Source: Arenicellales bacterium
GTDB taxonomy: Bacteria; Pseudomonadota; Gammaproteobacteria; Arenicellales; Poriferihabitantaceae
DNA: 64,000 nt
Assembly (NCBI GenBank): GCA_963693025.1
Contig: OY843749.1
Span: 2,957,617-3,021,616 of the forward strand
Direction of reading: 5' to 3'
The position numbers and the translations under genes were made by a program. Below, piece by piece: positions 58,882 to 64,000 of this stretch (position 1 is the stretch's first letter; each line of letters starts with the position of its first letter). The notes below the pieces were generated by a model. The model was not told the DNA's origin, did no database searches, and saw only the letters and a program-made list of their open reading frames with translations.

Positions 58882-60288
58882 TCACGCCTTCCACAATCCT
58901 TCGCGGGTCAGGTCGTCCATCACTTCAACGATGGACTCGCGCAACACCGACACCAGCGTATCGATTTGCTCGCGTGTCAATATCAGCGGCGGGGACAGCA
59001 CATTCAAGTGACCGATGGGGCGCACCAGCACGCCGCGTTTTTCCGCCGCATCGGCGATGCGATTGCCGACTTCAACCTCGTCCGCCAGCAGCGCTTTGCT
59101 GTGCTTGTCGGCGACGTTCTCCACGCACATCATAAAATGACTGCCGCGAATGTCGCCGACTATGTCGAGGTCGGCGAGGGTCGCAAGTTGCGCTTCCAGA
59201 TAGGGTCCGACTTCGCGCACATGTCCGCAAATATCTTCGCGCTCCATAATCTCAATATTTTTGAGCCCGGCGGCGCAGCACACCGGATGCCCCGAGTAGG
59301 TGAAGCCGTGGGTGAGCAATGCGCCTTTGGAGCGGGGGGCGCTGATGACGTCGTAGAACTCGTCGGACATGATGGTGGCGGACAGCGGGGCGTAGGCGGA
59401 AGACAACCCTTTGGCGCTGGTGATTAAGTCGGGCACGATGCCGAACACGTCTTGCGATGCGAAGAAGTGCCCGAGGCGCCCGAAGGCGGTGACGACTTCG
59501 TCGGCGATATACAGCACGCCGTGGCGGCGGCACACTTCCAGCATGCGGCGGTGGTAGTCGGGCGGGGCGACGATGACGCCGCCGGCGCCCATAATCGGCT
59601 CGGCGATAAAAGCGGCGACGTTGTCGGCGCCGAGCGCGGCGATTTTGTTTTCAAACTCATCGACCAGTTCATCGCAGAACTGCGCCGGCGACAAGCCGTC
59701 GGGGCGGCGGTAAGTGTTGGGCGATGACACGCGCTCAATCAAGCCGTCGTCGATGATGTCAAAACCTTGATGGTCGAACGCCACGCCGGTCAGCGACATC
59801 GCCAAATAAGTGCTGCCGTGATAGCCGTCGTGGCGCGTGATGATTTTCTTTTTGGATTGTTTGCCGAGCCGGTTGAAGTAGAAATGAACCATGCGAATGG
59901 CGGTGTCGTTAGCCATCGACCCGCCGGTGCCGAACTGAATGTGGTTGAGCCCGGCGGGGGCGAGCGAAGCCAGTTTATGCGCCAACTCGGCGGCGGGGAT
60001 GGAGGTGTGCGCGCCGAACGAGGAGTAATAAACCATCTTCCCCGCCTGCGCCGCCATCGCCTCGGCAATCTCGGTGCGCCCATAACCCACATTAACACAC
60101 CACAACCCGCCAATCCCATCGAGATATTTATTCCCAACCGAATCACAAACATAAGCCCCCTCAGCATCAGTCAAAACCAACGACCCCTTCTCCTCAAGCC
60201 CGGCAAAATCAGTCCACGGATGAAGATGATGCGCGCGGTCTTTACGCTGGATTTCCTGAGTGTCGTAGGGTGGGGTGGGTGTTTTCAT
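58882..60288 (-). CDS. class-III (omega) aminotransferase, SpuC-like polyamine/beta-alanine:pyruvate transaminase
   Basis: DRAHHLHPWTDF, GLWCVNVGYGR, AAFIAEPIMGAGGVIV and IADEVVTAFGRLG closely parallel P. aeruginosa SpuC as I recall it. Confidence 0.8.
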   Translation of the reverse strand: MKTPTPPYDTQEIQRKDRAHHLHPWTDFAGLEEKGSLVLTDAEGAYVCDSVGNKYLDGIGGLWCVNVGYGRTEIAEAMAAQAGKMVYYSSFGAHTSIPAAELAHKLASLAPAGLNHIQFGTGGSMANDTAIRMVHFYFNRLGKQSKKKIITRHDGYHGSTYLAMSLTGVAFDHQGFDIIDDGLIERVSSPNTYRRPDGLSPAQFCDELVDEFENKIAALGADNVAAFIAEPIMGAGGVIVAPPDYHRRMLEVCRRHGVLYIADEVVTAFGRLGHFFASQDVFGIVPDLITSAKGLSSAYAPLSATIMSDEFYDVISAPRSKGALLTHGFTYSGHPVCCAAGLKNIEIMEREDICGHVREVGPYLEAQLATLADLDIVGDIRGSHFMMCVENVADKHSKALLADEVEVGNRIADAAEKRGVLVRPIGHLNVLSPPLILTREQIDTLVSVLRESIVEVMDDLTREGLWKA

Positions 60289-60304
60289 GGGGTTATGTTA
60301 AAAA

Positions 60305-62101
60305 TTATTTGGTGATAATCGTTTCTTCTCCCAGCATATCTACAATCTTTACTGCGATTTTAGCTTTGGCGCTGGGAAGGGACAACGTATACCGGCCTTT
60401 GATGAAGTCGCTTTTCTTTTGCGGGATGTCACTTTCCACGATGTTGAAGTGCTTGTTATTGTAGTTGGTGTCAATCAGTACGCAGTCGATTTGCGCGCGG
60501 AAGTCATCGATATGCTCATCAAAAAGCGTTCGGTCAATATTTAATCTAGCAAGGATGGTCGGGCTGATGTACTGCTCAATAGTTACGGTTGCCCGTTTCC
60601 CTCTTTTTGTGATTTTCACTTCTGATTCTGCGGGTTGATTGGTTATCATACCGTCCTGTTGAATATCGTGGACGGTGATTTTATTGATGGGACTCTTCTC
60701 CTCGGAAAGTTCGTTGATTATTTCCAATTCGGAACCGTTGCAGAACACTGCAATATCTCGAATATCGTCCGCCCGGTTGTTGGCAATTTCATCTTTGATG
60801 ATTTGTATATCCAATCGAGTCAACGGTCTGTTCAGGTCAATAACTTTTGCCAGCAAACCACCGACCGTTCCATCAAAGAACATATCCTGACGATCTATTT
60901 GAATGCCGTATTTGGAGATAATTATTTTCTTGAGATCGTTCTGTTTGGCACAGTCGTAATTGTTCACCCGATAGTGGATAAGTCCATGCCCATTTTTTTC
61001 CGTCAGTTTGTCGTTTTTTTCTTTGATTATGCTTTGTAATCTGTTGATGGTGGTTTGGATTGCGCCTTTGTTCAAATCAGCCATAATCCAGCGACGGCCT
61101 AATTTTTCCGTGACTGCGGCGGTTGTACCGGAGCCACAGAAGCAGTCAAGGATGATAGAATTTTCGTTGCTAGATGCTTTGATTATGCGCTCTAAAAGGG
61201 CTTCTGGTTTTTGGGTTGGGTAAGGTGTTCTTTCGAGGGCCACAGGATTTATCATTGAAATCTCCCAAAAATCACTAGTTCCTTCTTCAAATTTCCATAC
61301 ATCTGGCATAGGAACGCCTTTCGTCGGTTCTTTAGTTTGAATTGACACTCTTTGCCCATATTCATTAACGACACTTTTCCACGCAACTCCTTGAGCACTG
61401 GATTGTTCGCTTTTTGGAATAAACATTTGATTGAAAATATGAGACCCTTTTGTTTTGGCATACCAAAACACATTGTCGTAATTACTTGCAAATGATTTGG
61501 CTTCAATATTCCAGCGTCTGTAATACCATGCGATATTATTGCAAAAATTCTCCTCCCCAAAAACTTCATCTAATAAAAATCGCAAGTGATGATTTTTGCG
61601 CCAATCGCAATGCAAATAAATACTGCCTTGATCGCTCAACAACTCCCGTAGCAAAATCAATCGCTCATACATGAACTGTAAATAATTATCATTTGCCCAA
61701 ATGTCCTCATACTGCGCTTGTTCTACTCTTGAGTAACCTTCACTCGCAATTTCGTTACTATTTCCGTTACCATTTCCATTGCCTACACCGCGCAACTTGA
61801 CCTTGCGCACATAATCCGCGCCACTGTCAAATGGTGGATCAATATAAATTAAATCAATCTTTCCCCTAAACCCCGAAATCAAAAGGGAAGACAGAATTTC
61901 TTTGTTATCGCCGTGAAGCAGTAGATTGTAATTATTTTCGGCAAATTGCTTGTAAGAGGGCTCCGCGGGTGGATTGCTTATGCCAACTCCTTCACACAAT
62001 TGTGCGGGAAAATGCTTGACAACATCAAGCGGCTTTTTGCCTACCCAATGCAATAATGGACGACCTTTGACGGAACTAATTTTAAGCGACTTCTTTTTCA
62101 T
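60305..62101 (-). CDS. beta-class amino DNA methyltransferase, Type III Mod-like (island 3, paralogue of 52322..54142)
   Basis: Motif [15 protein letters not shown], then [17 protein letters not shown] and motif [10 protein letters not shown]. The region is AT-rich. The start overlaps the res stop (ATGA). Confidence 0.85.
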   Translation of the reverse strand: MKKKSLKISSVKGRPLLHWVGKKPLDVVKHFPAQLCEGVGISNPPAEPSYKQFAENNYNLLLHGDNKEILSSLLISGFRGKIDLIYIDPPFDSGADYVRKVKLRGVGNGNGNGNSNEIASEGYSRVEQAQYEDIWANDNYLQFMYERLILLRELLSDQGSIYLHCDWRKNHHLRFLLDEVFGEENFCNNIAWYYRRWNIEAKSFASNYDNVFWYAKTKGSHIFNQMFIPKSEQSSAQGVAWKSVVNEYGQRVSIQTKEPTKGVPMPDVWKFEEGTSDFWEISMINPVALERTPYPTQKPEALLERIIKASSNENSIILDCFCGSGTTAAVTEKLGRRWIMADLNKGAIQTTINRLQSIIKEKNDKLTEKNGHGLIHYRVNNYDCAKQNDLKKIIISKYGIQIDRQDMFFDGTVGGLLAKVIDLNRPLTRLDIQIIKDEIANNRADDIRDIAVFCNGSELEIINELSEEKSPINKITVHDIQQDGMITNQPAESEVKITKRGKRATVTIEQYISPTILARLNIDRTLFDEHIDDFRAQIDCVLIDTNYNNKHFNIVESDIPQKKSDFIKGRYTLSLPSAKAKIAVKIVDMLGEETIITK

Positions 62102-64000
62102 TTCCTCACCCAGTCCATAACTGGCTTGATGTCTTCGATACCGATAGCGTTTGTCGAAGTATAGACGATGTTGTACTTGAACCTGTCCGGTTGTATTTTT
62201 TGCAACCTCTCGACCGCCTTTCTCTTGGCTTCCACGATAGCGTCCTTGCGTCTACTTTCGTCTTTAACCTCAACGATGTAAAATTCCCCAGTCTTTTTTA
62301 CAATCACGAAATCGGGAAAATAGCGGTGATACCGCTTGTCCTCACCCAGATATTCAAAGTGAAAATCGGTTTTTCTCGAATCGGTCATTCCACCGGTGAA
62401 TAAGAACGCTTCCACATCATCGGGGTCAGTATTCAGCACGGATAAAACCTGTTGAAATAATGAACGCTCTGGCTGGCTGTCAAAGTTGTAAGGATCATAG
62501 TGAAAACTCAGATTATGCTTGTCCGAATACTGGCCGCTTTCAGCAAACAGGTCATTTTGCTTCATTTCATCGTATGTTTTTTCCAGCAAGCGCAAATTAT
62601 GAACATAAACATCATTTGCATCTTTCTCAAAAACATCCTCCCCGTTCTCATCCTGCATTCGAATTAACGCCATCACTTCTGTTACCGTATCTTTAACTGT
62701 TTTGTAGTTCGCTTGCTGTTGTTCGACCTGACGAAAAAGTCCGTATAGATGATTATCCGGTATTTCCCCTTTCGGGTAAAAGTTGTTCAGTTTTTCCAAT
62801 ATCCACATCACAGGCAAATGATATCGCGATGCGATTTTCCAAGCGGCGGTGTGGCAATCTGTTCCTCGCTTTTCCGCAGGCAACTCCATGGTTTCGCCTG
62901 TCGGCAACAATATTTCCCTCGGTCCGCTGAAATCCGGTGTTAATATGCTACGCAGAATTCCGGGCATTTGTTGCGCTTTTGGTTTTGTTAAAGCGACCTT
63001 CCCGCATTTTGCGTCATCCCTTTCCGCTCTTTTCACCGTACGGGTGATTTCCAGTTTCGGTAGTTCGGTTTTGAGGATGCGCAGAGTGACGGTTTTTTTG
63101 TTGCGTTCCCTAAATCTAAGATCATCCAAATTGGAACGAAAATTTTCCTGCAACTGTTTGTTTAGCGTGTTGGAATTTCCGGAGTCGAGAAAGATTTTTG
63201 CCGAATGTGTGTTGCCCGGAACCTGCCGCAAACATCGAGTTGCCGCTTGTAAGACGTAGTTGTTGCTTGATGTTTGTTCTTTAATTAACGCACAAGCAAA
63301 CAAACTTGGGCAATTCCAGCCTTCCACCCCTTTGCTGATAAGTAAAATCACCCGCTTTTGATTGCCGGGATTATTAAGCCGTTTGAATTCGTCTATCTGG
63401 GCGGCGGCGGATGTTTGCGTATTTACCAGTATCTGTGCAGCATTTTCCCCGACTTTGGCCATCGCCAATTCAATCAGCGGTCGGGAGTTGTCCAAGTGCG
63501 CTTGCGTTTTGAAATAGAAAGCAATTTTTGCTTTCGCTCCGTTGGGAAGTGAAACATCGCCGTAATTATTGAAAAATTCCTCTATGATGTCGGCAAATAC
63601 GATTTTTTCTGAGCGTTTTTTCAAGTTGTATTGATGAATGCCATTATTCAGGTCTTTCAAAATGTTGTCTTTGATGCCTTCCCCAAGTCCATACCAGACA
63701 ATCACCTCTTTCAAGGGTTGCTTTTTATAGTATGGCGTTCCGGTTGTGTTGATTACTGCAATTATCTGTGTTTGTTGATGTATGTAATCAATTGTTTCCC
63801 GCACTCGTTTTATTTTGTCAAAAGTATTTCCATAGGTATGGTGGGCTTCATCGGAAAACACGCCGAGATTCGGCAGACTTGCAATTTTTTGCAATCTTAA
63901 ATTTGCTTGCGCTTCTTTGTGCTCAAAAGCTAGCGCGCTCTGATTGCTTCTTTGCTTGGCGCGCAGGCTGATTTTTTCGGTGTTGGTTACAATCAAGTTA
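62098..64000 (-). CDS. Type III Res-like SF2 helicase-nuclease, 5'-truncated by window edge (island 3)
   Basis: DEAH box ([12 protein letters not shown]), TTGTPYY, and the C-terminal PD-(D/E)xK-like [22 protein letters not shown]. Walker A is not seen, so the N-terminus must lie beyond 64000. Confidence 0.8.
   Translation of the reverse strand, partial: NLIVTNTEKISLRAKQRSNQSALAFEHKEAQANLRLQKIASLPNLGVFSDEAHHTYGNTFDKIKRVRETIDYIHQQTQIIAVINTTGTPYYKKQPLKEVIVWYGLGEGIKDNILKDLNNGIHQYNLKKRSEKIVFADIIEEFFNNYGDVSLPNGAKAKIAFYFKTQAHLDNSRPLIELAMAKVGENAAQILVNTQTSAAAQIDEFKRLNNPGNQKRVILLISKGVEGWNCPSLFACALIKEQTSSNNYVLQAATRCLRQVPGNTHSAKIFLDSGNSNTLNKQLQENFRSNLDDLRFRERNKKTVTLRILKTELPKLEITRTVKRAERDDAKCGKVALTKPKAQQMPGILRSILTPDFSGPREILLPTGETMELPAEKRGTDCHTAAWKIASRYHLPVMWILEKLNNFYPKGEIPDNHLYGLFRQVEQQQANYKTVKDTVTEVMALIRMQDENGEDVFEKDANDVYVHNLRLLEKTYDEMKQNDLFAESGQYSDKHNLSFHYDPYNFDSQPERSLFQQVLSVLNTDPDDVEAFLFTGGMTDSRKTDFHFEYLGEDKRYHRYFPDFVIVKKTGEFYIVEVKDESRRKDAIVEAKRKAVERLQKIQPDRFKYNIVYTSTNAIGIEDIKPVMDWVRK

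Noticed and set aside
58882-60288. Class-III aminotransferase as a dedicated sugar aminotransferase (PglE-like) for the adjacent PglB-like gene, or as DoeD of the ectoine pathway.
   Set aside because: Its motifs match SpuC-type omega-transaminases rather than DegT/PglE-type sugar aminotransferases. It lies 33 kb from doeAB. Adjacency alone does not support either role.

Overview
This 64-kb window comes from a GC-rich proteobacterial chromosome. Gene order suggests a gammaproteobacterium: rpsF-rpsR-rplI-dnaB-alr-radA, dapD/miaA, hfq-hflX and uvrA/MFS/ssb/pdxH. The backbone carries housekeeping genes plus several metabolic and envelope loci:
- an SSS transporter pair
- ectoine-degradation-like doeAB and a BCCT transporter
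- tRNA-Ser(GGA)
- a polyamine-type ABC transporter with an agmatinase-family gene
- two Rieske-fusion enzymes, a ferredoxin and acetoacetyl-CoA synthetase
- at the left edge, a polyprenyl-phosphate-sugar/GT-C glycosylation cluster
- a PglB/STT3-family oligosaccharyltransferase homologue

Three visibly AT-rich or intermediate-GC accessory insertions interrupt this backbone:
1. 18.5-23.9 kb: an AAA/ABC-type ATPase + RloB pair (AbiL-like), and a primase(AEP)-SF2 helicase fusion that abuts doeA.
2. 49.4-56.1 kb: a four-gene operon, Type III-like Res + Mod followed by a TcmP / Gp37-Gp68 (DUF5131) pair. This is my top candidate for an undescribed composite defence or DNA-modification system.
3. 60.3 kb to the window end: a second, paralogous Res + Mod pair in inverted orientation.

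A modular, hairpin-rich repeat of about 200 bp (MITE-like) occurs at least 7 times plus fragments. It is mostly intergenic, but its terminal modules run into three gene 3' ends and supply their stop codons.

All functional calls rest on motifs and remembered family signatures read from the translations. No database search was possible, and long antisense ORFs in the GC-rich genes are treated as artefacts.
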